This document shows positions 37,610-51,269 of a stretch of 64,000 nt of DNA, piece after piece. Position 1 is the first letter of the stretch, and each line of letters opens with the position of its first letter. The position numbers and the translations under genes are program-made. The DNA is from Octopus sinensis (lineage: Eukaryota), in assembly GCF_006345805.1 (NCBI RefSeq), contig NC_043002.1, positions 10,478,001 through 10,542,000 on the forward strand, given 5' to 3'. The notes under the pieces were generated by a model. It was not told the origin of the DNA. It saw nothing but the letters and a program-made list of their open reading frames with translations, and made no database searches.

Positions 37610-39857
37610 ACGCATGCAAGATAGCCACAGACAAAAATATTAAAGTCCCTAATACTAATGACCTCAAATTGAGACCCATAATAGCAGGTCCCGCATGCGA
37701 AACCCACCGCCTCAGTAACTTTTTAGACACCCTGTTAAAACCACTCCTCAAACATGTCAAAAGCTATATAAGGGACGACTTAGATATGCTCAATCACCTA
37801 CCGAATACTATAAACCAAAACACCATACTGGTATCCTTCGATGTAGTCAACCTCTACTCCAATATCCCCTACAACCTAGGACTAGAGGCAATCCAATTCT
37901 GGCTAGAGAATCACGCCAACGAACTACCACACCGCATCAAAAGAAATTCGTGATAGAAGGGGTTAAATTCATCCTGGAAATAACTTTCTTCCGCCTTCAA
38001 TGACAACTTCTATACCGACAAAAATCGGGGACTGCGATGGGTACACGAATGGCCCCCTCCTTTGCCAACCTAGTCATAGGATACCTAGAGATCAGTCTAT
38101 ATCGTAAGGTTCTAGAAAGATATGGCAGCCCTTTCTCCATCTACATAGAAAACAACTGGAAGAGATATCTAGATGACTGTTTTATTCTTTGGCATAAAAA
38201 TATAGAAAAAACTCATAGAATTCCAGGAAATTTAAACGGGCTGGACGTAACATCCAATTCACGATGGAATATAGCCAGCAACACTTCCCTTCCTCGATAT
38301 CCTCATTAAGAAAGCTAATAATATAATAGAAACAGACATTACTATAAACCTACAGACTCTAAGCAATATCTTCCATTCAATTCATGCCACCCCAGACACA
38401 CCAGGATGAATATCCCCTTCAATCTAGCAAAAAGGATATGCACTATAGTCTCTAACGCAAACACCAGAGACACACGACTACAAGAACTAAAAGATACCCT
38501 TATCACCAGGAACTATCCACCTTCACTTATTGACAAGTGCATTCAACGTGCCCTTCAACTTAACATCAAGGAACTGACATTCCAATCAAAGAAAACTTAC
38601 AACAAAAAGCCTTACCATACATCTCCGCACACCCTCTCAATAACGAAGCCTTCGGCACCATCCTCCACAACATACCCCTCCTAAAAAAAGACCACAGAAT
38701 GAACACAATCCTCCAAACACACGATCATAAAAAGCAAAAGACAGCCTAGATCCATGAAAAGTCTTCTAACACAAGCCCGAATTCACTCTTCAACACAGAA
38801 GCCGACAGTAAAAAAATGTGGAAGACCCAATTGCGGGATATGCGACTATCTAATCGAGGGTTCTGAGTTCTCCTTCAAACAGGGACAACGGTTTACAGTG
38901 AAAAGCAACTTCACATGTGCTTCGGAGAACCTAATATACTCACTAACCTGCTCCGGGTGTCAAGAGCAGTACATAGGCCAAACAAAAAATGGTTTGCGTA
39001 AACGAATGGCCCTGCACAGATCCCAGATAAAATTCCCCAAAACAGAAAAATAGCTTTTAGCCAACACATAGATACTTGCGCCAACAAAAAAACACCAACT
39101 TCAGAATTTTCCCCCTCTACCAATTTAGGGACGATACAACCTCGAGACAACGAATAAGTTAAGAAAATCTCTTTATTATAAAATACAGGCCACTTCTTAA
39201 CGGGCCTACGACAAACAATTAATATAGCTCAACTTAAGAATAAAGAATATATATACACACACACAATATTACATTCCATAGAATCCATTACTAATCGCCC
39301 CAAAACAGATATATCTTCACCCATTCATATTCTCCCTTTTCTGTTTTTTTTCTTCTTCTCCCTCTTCTTCTTCTTCTTCATCATCATCGTTATCATCATC
39401 ATCGTCGTCATCGTCATCACCACCATCATCATCGTCATCTTCTCCTTCTCCTTCTTCTTCTTCATCGTCATCATCATCGGCACCGTCATCATCTTCTTCT
39501 TCTTCTTCTACTTCTCCACCTTCTACCCCCACTAATGTCTTTAAGTATAACGCCTACGCAGCGACTGCCGGTCGCCACTGACCAGCCCAGAGTTTCCCAC
39601 TCCCACCCCCTCAAGAACTCACAACGACCTCGAATACACAAGTGCAAACAAGGGAGTCAGAGAAAGGCAGAATGCCACATATATCTGAACACTACTATGG
39701 AAGTATTCCTTTAAAAAAACCTTTCTTCTAATTTTTCAAATTTTTTTCAAAATTTAATTATTTAATCGTTACAGTTGAAAAGGTCTCAAAGACCGAAACC
39801 GGTACTGAAAGATTCACTATAAAATCATCTTAGCATTTTCTATTTTTGACTTGTTTT

Positions 39858-39865
<8 letters not shown>
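37610..39865 (+). mobile_element. Penelope-like retroelement: RT + C-terminal GIY-YIG endonuclease (frameshifted) + pLTR-like 3' region
   Basis: RPIIAGP, LVSFDVVNLYSNIP, GTAMGTRMAPSFANL, WKRYLDDCF, YKPTDSKQYL..NSCHP, CGRPNCGIC, CASENLIYSLTCSGCQEQYIGQT...RMALH; both ends abut (TA)n. Confidence 0.95.
39764..39814 (+). ncRNA. Degenerate minimal hammerhead ribozyme in the Penelope 3' region
   Basis: cag-TTGAAAA (CTGANGA with 2 changes)-ggtc[tcaaa]gacc-GAAA-ccgg-TA-ctg; palindromic stem III. Confidence 0.7.
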
Positions 39866-39907
<42 letters not shown>

Positions 39908-39909
<2 letters not shown>

Positions 39910-41085
39910 AACTTAGAATAACTTAGAAAGGTTTTGGCCAGTATTGGCCCAGGCCATGTCTAACTTAATAGCACCACCTGGCGAAGTCTTTCAGTTCAGG
40001 ATTTGGGCACCAAGGCCCATTCGTGCAGAGAGTTATTGTTTTCGGAGACATATCCGGTTGTGGGTGGTTTGTCCGGTACTGTTTGAAGGAATTTGTCCAA
40101 AGACTTCTTGAATTTTGTGTGGTCAGTTTCTTTTTTGACGTGCCCTGGTGTAATGTTGAAGAGAGCAGGTCCAATTGAGGTGAAATAGTTGTGCCGTATT
40201 GTCGTTATGTGATGCGATTTAGATTTTTGTTGTGGACGGATGACACGTGGACGGATGGCACGTGGTCATTCGGACAGTGCTGGTGGAATATTTTCCACAT
40301 CATACAGATAATGTAGCGGTCACGGCGTCGTTGGAGTGAATACAATTTCAGCTTCTCTAGTCTACCCCAGTAGTCAAGGTCTGAACATGCCATCTATCTT
40401 TTTTGTGATTGACCTTTGGGGAGCTTCAATTCTCATAATATTTTGTTTTGTGTAGGGAGACCACAGTGGACAGCAGTATTCAAGGTGGGGTCGGCACAAA
40501 AGTGGAGAAGAGAAGGATAATAGCGTGGGAATCTCTCGACTGGAAGGTTCTGAGAATCCAGGAACACATTCTGCGGGCCATGTCAACTTTGCTGCTTATA
40601 TGTGTAGCCCAGCTTATGTGGTTGTCCACTGTTACTCCCAGGTCTCTGATGTTGTTGGATGCCATGAGAATTTCTCCAGAAGGAAGAGAGTATGGGAGTT
40701 TCAGAGTGTCCTCTCTTCCAAAGTGGATCAGTTCAAATTGTCTTCATTTAGCACATGTTATTCTTTTCCGCCCATTGGACAACAGCCAGTAGGTCTGACT
40801 GAAGGTTATTCGGTCATCACGCCATTGATGACCTTCTGGAGCTTGGAATCATCAGCGAAGGTTCTGATGTTACTGTGTTTGATGGTGTCAGTAATGTCAT
40901 TTATGTAGATGATGAAGAGAAGTGGGCCCAACACAGTGCCTTGTGGGACACCACTGCTGACTTTGGCTGGGCTGGATTTGACTCCTTCGACTACAACATG
41001 TTGGTTCTGTTAGACAGGAAGCACTTGATCCACTGCAGCAGCTTTCCAATGACACCAATATTGGACAGCTTTCTCAGAAGGATCT
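39908..41085 (-). mobile_element. CR1-clade LINE RT fragment through the 3' end
   Basis: SGVPQGTVLGPLLFIIYIND, FADDSKL, RDLGVTVD, PHLEYCCPLWSP, LKLYSLQRRRDRY; frameshifted. Confidence 0.93.
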
Positions 41086-41098
41086 GTGTATATATATA

Positions 41099-41148
<50 letters not shown>

Positions 41149-41374
41149 GTGTATATATAATATATATAGTATATATATAGTGTATATATATATGTATATA
41201 TATATATATATGTATATATATATGTATATATATATGTATATATATATATGTATAATATATATATATGTATATATAATGACATATATATAGTATATATATA
41301 TGTAATATATATATATATGTATATATATGGATATATGATATATATGTGATATAATGTATATATATATTAATCTG

Positions 41375-41405
<31 letters not shown>

Positions 41406-41518
41406 GAGCTATATATATATATATATGTATATATATATTATTTACATATATATATATATATATGTATATATATAATGTATATATATATATATTGTATATA
41501 TATATGTATATATAATGT

Positions 41519-41562
<44 letters not shown>

Positions 41563-42265
41563 ATGTTTTTTGTATGAATTACGTATCGCCACCGTGGGCC
41601 ACTGCATCGAACACTTTGAACATATACTTCAAACTATATATCAACTATACATGAACTATATGTAACTCTAAATGTCTCGACACTCCGTTGTGTATTATAA
41701 ATGAATTTCTTGTGTTTGACGGCATGAGCTGTCTTTTTTTATATATAACTTTTTTTGATAAGGTTCATTTCAGGAACTGAAACATGTTATAATGTATATA
41801 TAAAAATTAAAAATTGTATAATACAGCAGCATTTTCGAACTTCATTTTTTACAAATATATATATATGTATAGATATATATATGTATATATATATATATGT
41901 ATATATATATATACATATATATATATATAAGGATGCATTCCTATGACAATGGTGAATCGTTTTTATATTCTTTTGCTTCCTTCTCATGGCTCTTCTAAGC
42001 TCTCTGTCCACTCAGCGTACCTCTCTCCGTTAACGACCAGATATGTCTGAGAAGATAAAGGAGAATTAAGCCCTCGCCGTCCCCAAAAGCCAGTTATAAT
42101 AATTCTCAGTGGCGGTAGGGTTTTGCTGCCCTGCTCGAAGTTTTATCGGATGCAGTTGTGCATCGTTAACCAACTAGAAGAGACGTCCTTTTGGGTTTAA
42201 AAAAATCACAATAGAGTCCACTCGAACAGACACCCATGTTAAAGTGGCTACGAATATTACTTGTC

Positions 42266-42690
42266 AGGCGCAGGAGTGGCTGTGTGGTAAGTAGCTTGCT
42301 AACCAACCACATGGTTCCGGGTTCAGTCCCACTGCGTGGCCCCTTGGGCAAGTGTCTTCTACTATAACCCCGGGCCAACCAATGCCCTGTGAGTGGATTT
42401 GGTAGACAGAAACTGAAAGAAGCCTGTCGTATATATGTATATATATGTGTGTGTGTGTGTGTGGGGGGGTTGTGTTGTCTGTGTTTGTCCCCCCAACATC
42501 GCTTGACAACCGATGCTAGTGTGTTTACGTCCCCGTCACTTAGCGGTTCGGCAAAATAGACCGATAGAATAAGTACTGGGCTTACAAAGAATAAGTCCAG
42601 GGGTCGATTTGCTCGACTAAAGTCGGTGCTCCAGCATGGCCGCAGTCAAATGACTGAAACAAGTTAAAAGAGTAAAAGCGTAAAAGAGTA
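42266..42690 (+). mobile_element. SINE family B, full length
   Basis: Near-identical to 32381-32822. Confidence 0.92.
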
Positions 42691-43309
42691 CAGCTACTGC
42701 GTTGATCTCTTAGGTTTTAGAACTAGCATTAGTTCTAAATATTCTTTACTTAAATAATAAAAGAGATTCTTCAAGTATCTGAGGACGAATGAAACCCGTT
42801 TCCTAGAAGATAAATCGATTCTCACATATACTAGGAAAAACACATTTTATATTACTAGACGTTAAACGTTATAATTAATTTGGCACACTATTTCGCATTC
42901 TGAAGTCTTAATGAGAAATAAGGACAAAGAACTTTTAATTCTGACACTAGCAGCTGCCAGAAAAGTACAGATCTATCATAAAAGACTTTACGAAACATTA
43001 GCTTGGTATAAATATTTATTAGCATCAGTACGTTATGAATTCTCTTTTAATACTTTTGAAACGTTAGTTACAGAATTCTTATAACTTTATTATTCTGTCA
43101 TAAATTTTGAATCAAATGTTTACGATAAGCAATGATGATAAGCAATTGTTTTCTCCTTTCATATGGCGCTGCCCTGCTGTCGCTGCCCTGCCGCCGCTGC
43201 CCTGTCGTCGCTGCCATATATATATAGCTACAGTGTGATGAAAAATTCTATTGGTTAGTTTTCCCTGAAGTGCAGTGAACGCAAAGCATAGAATATGATT
43301 GCGGAAGTC

Positions 43310-43523
43310 TCTTTTAGTCTTTTACTTGTTTCACTCATTTCACTGCGGCCATGCTGGAGCACTGCCTTTAGTCGAACAAAGCTTAGAACTTATTCCGTCG
43401 GTGTCTTTTGCCGAACCGCTAATTTACGGGGACGTAAAAAACCCAGCATCGGTTGCTAAGCGATGGAGGGGGTACAACCACGAACACACACGCAAATATA
43501 TACATACATACATACAAACACAC

Positions 43524-43596
<73 letters not shown>

Positions 43597-43855
43597 TAGT
43601 TTTAGAGACAGAACCACCTTCAACTCAATCAACACTAAAATATTTTATACCCGACCACTCCTTAAAATGCTAATGTATATACGTATATATATATATACGA
43701 CGGGCTTCTTTCAGTTTCCGTCTACCAAATCCATTCAAAGGCTTTGGTCGGCCCTTGGCTATGGTAGAAGACACTTGCCTCAGGTGCCACGCAGTAGGAC
43801 TGAACCCAGAACTATGTGATTGGAAAGGAAGTTTCTTACCATACAGCCACTGCTC
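43310..43855 (-). mobile_element. SINE family B with an insertion in its (TA)n
   Basis: Family B halves flank an extra ~80 bp at 43595-43675. Confidence 0.85.
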
Positions 43856-44110
43856 TCTATTCATTATATATTTTACTGTGAAGTATTATAGATAAATACG
43901 GATCTAATATCAATACATATATTTATTTTTAAGTCGGCGAGTTGGTAGAATCGTTAGCACGCCGTGCGAAATCCGTAGCGGATTCTAATTTCGAATTCCG
44001 GTGAGGTTAACGTCGCCATTCATCATTTTGGAGTCGATGAAATGAGTACAGGCTGAGTACTGGTTTTGATGTAATTGACTTACCGACTTCCTCGAACTTG
44101 GTGCCCTTGT

Positions 44111-44153
<43 letters not shown>

Positions 44154-44156
<3 letters not shown>

Positions 44157-44375
44157 TCTTTTAATTGCTTCAGTCATTTGTCTGCGGCCATGCTGGAGCA
44201 CTGCTTTTAGTCGAGCAAATCGACACCAGGACTTATTCTTTGTAAGCCAAGTACTTATTCTATTGGTCTCTTTTGCCGAACCGCTAGGTTACGGGGACGT
44301 AAACACACCAGCATCGGTTGTCAAGCGATGTTGGGGGGATAAACACACACACAAACATAGACACAGACACACACA

Positions 44376-44424
<49 letters not shown>

Positions 44425-44425
44425 T
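44154..44425 (-). mobile_element. SINE family B, 3' half
   Basis: Matches the 3' half of 32381-32822. Confidence 0.85.
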
Positions 44426-44745
44426 TCTCTTTAAAGTGAGAGCTGGCAGAATCGATAGCAAGCCGGACGAAATTCTTACGGTATTTAGCTCATCTTTAAT
44501 GTTCTGAGCTCAAATTCAGCTGAAGCCATCTTTGCCTTTAATCCCCTGTCAATAAAGTAAGTATTTGTTGAATACTGGAGTCAACATAATTCAAATATCT
44601 CTCCTTGTGCCAAAATTTGATTCTAATATATATAAAATTTATTTTTCATATCTCAAGTATCATTTGTGTTCAGCACATGAAAGCAACATTCGTGCCTCTG
44701 CTGAACGTTCTGTAAGCCTTTGATGAATAACTGCAAGACTCATAC

Positions 44746-44788
<43 letters not shown>

Positions 44789-44860
44789 TGTGTGCGTGTG
44801 TGAATGTGTGTGTACCTCAACCTAGTATGTTCGTCTGTGTTTAGTTGTGAGGGAAATCGT

Positions 44861-45253
44861 GGCACTCCGTCGGTTACGACGACGAGGGTTCCAGTTGATC
44901 GAATCAACGGAATAGCCTGCTCGTGAAATTAACGTGCTAGTGGCTGAGCACTCCACAGACACATGTACCCTTAACGTAGTTCTCGGGGAGATTCAGCGTG
45001 ACACAATGTGTGACATGACTGGCCCTTTGAAATACAGATACAACAGAAACAGGAAGAAAGTGGGAGAGAAAGTTGTGGTGAAAGAATACAGCAGAATTCA
45101 CCGTCACCCCCTCCTGGAGCCTTGTGGAGCCTTGTGGAGCTTGAGGTGTTTTCGCTCAAAAAAAAAACACTCATAACACCCGGTCTAGGAATCGAAACTG
45201 CGATCCTACGACCGCAAGTCCGCTGCCCTAACCAATGGGCCATTGCGCCTCCA
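44861..45253 (-). mobile_element. SINE family A, tail type a
   Basis: Homologous to 12498-12876; TSD-like tgtgaggga(a/g)at(c/a)gtg on both sides. Confidence 0.9.
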
Positions 45254-47444
45254 CTGTGAGGGAGATAGTGCGTGAGAGTAAGGAAGCTACATTTATCTGC
45301 TAAACTCAGTAGAAACGCCGGTTATGATTCTCCTTTATTATGGCTGAGCTTTGATACTTAATGTACAACTCAGCGCATCTACACCAGACTTCGAAAAGAC
45401 AACACTGAATCTTAGAGCTTGTGGCACTGTATCCAAAGACTTGCCTGATAATAAATCTATGTCAGGATCATTTATTTTGTTGATTATACTTAAACTTTTG
45501 CCACACATCGTTTAGAAGTATTCGAAAGCGCCTGCGTATCTTATATGTATTTATAACTGAGCTTGAATTTCGCCTCTCAAAGTTTCGAAATGTGTCTTTT
45601 ACATGTATCTCGTTAGTAATTGTATATTTCTTTAAATATTGTTCCCCCTGTCCTTTACATCAATTGTTCCATTAAAATACCTTGAAATACATCCCACTTA
45701 ATAATGTGTAAGGGAGTCCATTTCACATTACTATCTCAAGTCCCTGGAGTGATAGGACCGGTTACCCGTTTGTCATGGCGTATAAAATGCCGAAGTCACA
45801 ACCCCACCTCATTCTGAGCGGAGTGCCAATCCGTCGCAGGGTCACGCGACGGAGTCGATAAAATAGAAACCTGTCAAAGCGCCTGTCAAAGTACCTGTCA
45901 AAGTACTAGTGTAATACTGTGGTGGATGTAATCGACTTCACCCTCACCTCAGAAATTGCTGGCTCTGTTCCAAAATGGGAAATGTATATTACGAAAATGC
46001 TAATTTATAATTGACAGATACGGATAAGGAAATAATTTTATTCTCAAACGTAGGATAATGCTAATAATATAGCATGAACAGGATTAAACCAAACTTTGCT
46101 GGCTTTCAATGTAAGTTGAATTTAACGTAATCTATAATTGTTTTCAAATACAATGAAAGCGATTAGTATCGCACGACGCTCAACTTTACTTCTCTCTATT
46201 AAACCTCATACCCCTCTTGCTACGACGCTATTGTCAATAGTTCACGTAAGATATCTGCATATAAGGCAAATCTGGGCCAAAATATTAATATGTTTATGCC
46301 ATTCAAAATGCATCAATAATGTACTTTGTTACTGATACATAATTATTGTGTATGTATCTGTGAAAATTACGTTTCGCTACTACTATATACTTTTAATCGG
46401 ACTTGGTTCTCCTATCTCCATTTGCATTTTAAAATATATATCTTTACGTATATCTGAACGTCAAACCTATGTTAAAGCGCCTATTAGTTAAACGTAGCAT
46501 ATTTTCTCCTTCAAGTATATAGATATTTAGATAGAGATGCCTCAAGTTATATCTTCAAATGTTACGCAGTGACGTGTATTCATACAATCACTGTATACGT
46601 ACATTTAAATACACACATACAAGCATTCGTACATGTATCTTTGTGCCTGTGTGTATATGAGTGCGTGTATATGTACATGTGTGCGTGCGCGTGTGCATAT
46701 ATGTATATGTGCATGTGTATGTGTGTATGTGCATGTATGTATGTATGTAATATTTTTCGTAGTCTGGTACAAACAGGACTTGATCTGAACGCAAGCCTTA
46801 TTTGAAATTGTTAAAATTTGCTGAAGTCTACTTTTTGCCTATTTCTTAACTGTGTACTCTGTTATGAAACACTAAAACATTTCGCCATTGAAACAATTCA
46901 CGTACAGTGGCCCATTATTGAACGCGGGTCCCTTTTGATCTTGAAGGTGTGGTTTATGTTTTTCGGAGAAATATTACATACTATTACAACCGATTACAGT
47001 ACTAAACAAAGGAAGAAGTAAATTATTTCAGTTATGTAATGACTAATTTCGAACTAACAAATTGTTAGAGATCTTATTACACATAAATGGAGTTGTCAAA
47101 CTGGGAAACGCGATCATGTACTGTAAATGCATTGAATTATTTACCAAGTTTGTTTCTATGCATTGTATACATATGATATTGAAAACATGAGAATATTAAT
47201 TTTTTTCCTTTTATATCTTCGAATATTAGCCTCGAGGAATATGGAGACGCAGGCTGGAAAGCGGAGCATTTTCCAAGTGAAGTCGGATGTAGAGGATTAG
47301 TTGGATACAGTGCGAGGCGACTGTTGTTATCGTTAAGCATAACTCATCGTAAAGTGAATACAACCATGAACGATATCCAAACCACCGTGGAAAAGGCTAG
47401 CCACTGTATCTTGTTAAAAACAGACAATAAGCGATGGCTAGAAT

Positions 47445-47650
47445 ATTCTTCTCTACTCTAGGCACAGAGCTCGAAATTTGGGGGGAATGGGACAATCGAT
47501 TAGATCGACTTCCGTAGCAACTGGTAATTAATTTATCGACCCCGAAAGGATGAAAGGCAAAGTCGACCTCAGTGGAGTTTGAACTCAGAACGTAAAGATG
47601 GACGAAACACAGCTAAGCACTTCTAATTTTTCTGCCAGTTTTCCGCCTTA
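47445..47650 (-). mobile_element. SINE family C (alternative tail)
   Basis: cgaccccgaaaggatgaaaggcaaagtcgacctc core. Confidence 0.8.
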
Positions 47651-48844
47651 GAATAAGGCGCTTTGCCGCTTTATTTAATAATCCGTTGATCTAGCAAGCG
47701 GGACCTCATATCAGTGAGTAGGGTCGGTGTGCAAGGATGTTGTCTAGATGTAGGCCCCGAAACGGCGCGCATTCTCTCCTGATGACCCCATACACTTGCT
47801 GTCTTCCGGTATGCGGAGTTTTTGACTGGCAGCACTTGCATTTGCAAGTTGTTTGCAAACCTAACGTGTTATGAATATGACAATTGATAGCTAAACATAT
47901 GATGCAGTTTTGACAGCATTTTGGCAACCAGTCATATTTCGATGTGATCACGTACATTGTTTTTTCTTATAATTGTCACACTGCTTCCCTGATAAAGTCA
48001 TTTGAATAATCGACAACATGAAAATCAAATTTACGATTCAAGACATTGTTGTTTAATCCATTGAGAATTCTCAATTGTCGGGCTTAAAAAGGTGAAAGTC
48101 TATCAGAAGCTAAAAATTTTCTGTACAAGAAAGTCCCGTTAGCATTCAAAACAAAATTCATTAAGTATTTAAGTGGAAACACAAAAGACATTATCGTGTG
48201 TATGACAAAAAAATAATAAATATTTCTTCATAAAGCGATTATAGATAACACAAAAGTGAGTTTTATTTCAGATACTTTAAATGCTTATCTACACAGCAAA
48301 ACACTTCTAAGTGATGAAAAAAAGTGTTTTGAAATGTCTTCGAACGACCTTCAAGCAAAATCTTTGCTTTAACAAAATTTAAAACTTGCCAAAAACATTG
48401 TTTCTTCAGAGAAAAAAAACAATATTATTTTATTTTCAAAGTGATAACTGCACTCATTTATTGATACGATTCCAACAATATCACCAAAGCCTGTTAAAAA
48501 TCTAACCCTAGCAATTACTCTGCTTATTACAAAACTGTATCTCTCAGTTAAAAATTACGTGCGAGAGTAGAAACTTAACGTTATATCGGAACATAAGCTG
48601 TATGCTACTTTCAACGGTCATAAATATAATATCCTGGTTAACCAAAAATGTAAACTAATAATATAAGGAAGGGTCAAATATATGGGATCAGTAAAAATAT
48701 TTTAGGCCGCATGTTATTTAATACTTTTCAAGTATTACTTTGAAATACCGATTTGTCTTATTATCTCTTGATTCAGCAGCTTTATATATGATAATAAATA
48801 AAATGACCATCCTGAAGTACAATAATTTCTTTAAAAAATTTATA

Positions 48845-49265
48845 CAGGAGTGGCTGTGTGGTAAGTAGCTTGTTTAAAAACCACATGGTTCCGGGTTCAG
48901 TCCCACTGCGTGGCATCTTGGGCAAGTGTCTTCTGCTATAGCTCCGGGCCGGCTAATGCCTTGTGAGTGGATTTGGTAGACGGAAACTGAAAGAAGCCTG
49001 TCGTATATATGTATATATATATATATGTATGTGTGTATATGTTTGTGTGTCTGTGTTTTTCCCCCTAGCATTGCTTGACAACCGATGCTGGTGTGTTTAC
49101 GTCCCCGTCACTTTGTGGTTCGGCAAAAGAGACCGATAGAATAAGTACTGGGCTTACAAAGAATCAGTCCCGGGGTCGATTTGCTCGACTAAAGGCGGTG
49201 CTCCAGAATGGCCGCAGTCAAATGACTGAAACAAGTAAAAGAGTAAAAGAGTAAAAAAAGAGTAA
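48845..49265 (+). mobile_element. SINE family B
   Basis: Near-identical to 32381-32822. Confidence 0.92.
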
Positions 49266-49452
49266 CTCCAAGTATTTTACAGTTATAGATACTTTTCTGA
49301 TTTGTAGATATCATTGCACTCTAAAGTGGGTTTAAATGCTTTGTCAATACATCTGAGACCTGGTCGTTGATACAGACCAAGTCCAACTATTGGCAGTTAG
49401 GTACTGACCAGTTTTTATACACCTCAGTACAGTTTTCTAGCTGTTGTTGCTG

Positions 49453-49821
49453 TTGAGCGAACGGTCTTCGTCCCAGAACTCGCAAGATGGGAGAAGTCCG
49501 AAACGTGGTCCTTTGCTATTCGTAAGACCCGCAGAAGAGAAAGCAGGTCAACCCCCGACACCGAGAGCATCGACGGATGAATGAATGCACATCCAGGCTC
49601 AGCGGTTGCGTAGGAAATCGGGGACGAGAAGCAGGAAGAAAGATTGAGAGAAAGCTGGAGCGAAATAGTACAACAGGGGTCGCCACCACCCCCTGCCGGA
49701 GCCTCGTGGGGCTTTAGGTGTTTTCGCTCAATAAACACACACAACGCCCGGTCTGGGAATCGAAACCGCGATCCTCTGACCACGAGTCCGCTGCCCTAAC
49801 CATTGGACCATTGCGCCTCCA
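49453..49821 (-). mobile_element. SINE family A, tail type c
   Basis: Same head and core, third distinct tail; TSD ctgttgttgctg on both sides. Confidence 0.88.
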
Positions 49822-50567
49822 CTGTTGTTGCTGCGTCTTTGCAAGTTCTTAATTTCAATCCTCTTCAAAAAACTGAGAAGATCATGCTAAGGAATCTACG
49901 GAAGCTTTGAATAGCTGATCGCTAATTCATGCTGCCAGATTGGGTAAAAATCTTTTAGATAGATAGCAAAACGTTAAACCATATATTTGTATTAAGCAAA
50001 AAAATAAATGTACTTCAGTGCGTGTGTATGTGTGTGTGTGTGTGTGTGTGTGTATGGTGTTTGTGTGTCTGTGCGTGTCAATGTGTCTATGTGCGGATGC
50101 TTGTGCGTCTGCATCGGAATTCCTTGTAGTCGATATATATATATATATATATATTAATATATATATATATATGCGTGTGTGTACGCATGTACGTATGTGT
50201 GTGTATGTATGTGTGTATGTATGTATGAATATATATGTGTGTATATATATATATATATATAACATATATATACACACATATGCATACACAAACACACACA
50301 CACGCACGCACACACACACACACACCACACACACACACACACATATATATATCTATATATATATATATATATATATATAATCAACTAATAAGGGTGAGAA
50401 AATTGGATACTAATTTAATAGTACATCAATTTAACACCAAGTGGCTTAGTGCATTAAAACCGTGATATATTATATGATTGTCTATATATGTATATGTTTA
50501 TATTTATATCTGTCTATCTATTTATCTATATATCCCTTTCTCTCACTCCCTCTCTCTCTTCCCCTGT

Positions 50568-50599
<32 letters not shown>

Positions 50600-51194
50600 T
50601 ATATATATGTGTGTGTGTGTGTGTTGTGTGTGTGTGTGTGTATTTGTGTACCTATAATAACGCAAAATAACCGATGACATACAGATAATAGCACAATTAT
50701 TATCAAATTTTACCCCGCAAAACAGACTTTTCTAATAATTCGTCTCTGAGGAAGAAAAATCCTGGCCGAACGCGTTAACCATTTCCTTTTTTAGAACTAC
50801 ATTTTCTGTTTGGAAAATGAAAGAGCAACAAGTGCAGCGAATTCTTAACCCACTTAAACTAGAGTACATCTATTTTATTCTACAGTTTGAAAAGGGATCT
50901 ACTAGTTTAAGGCGGATATCTTTTAATGTAACATTGCATTCTATAAATTTCTGAATATTTTTTCAATTCATTAATAACTGAGTGTCGATGCATAAAAGTA
51001 AGTCATAAAATATTAATGTAATCTAATGTATGTATATAGAATATATATAAACATTGCAGAAGGAAATGGGAATAGTAATATTAGAATGATATCGATCTTA
51101 ATTTTAATATTTAAATTCGTGTTTTCTAACTCTTTCGATACATATTTTTTCATTAATGCTTTCATGATTTCTAATACTACAGCATATAAGCAAC

Positions 51195-51226
<32 letters not shown>

Positions 51227-51269
51227 ACGTGTGTGTGTGTGTGTATGTGTGTGTGTATGTGTGTGTGTA

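Noticed and set aside
39317-39532. Acidic poly-D/E protein (also 26219-26434)
   Set aside because: Trinucleotide microsatellite (TCA/TCT); no splice or codon evidence.
43164-43217. GC-rich 14-bp tandem repeat as a regulatory island
   Set aside because: Only ~4 units with no supporting context.
47755-47790. Type-II hammerhead (GAAA...CTGATGA)
   Set aside because: Flanks are cccc and cccc, so stem II cannot pair, and stems I and III are absent.
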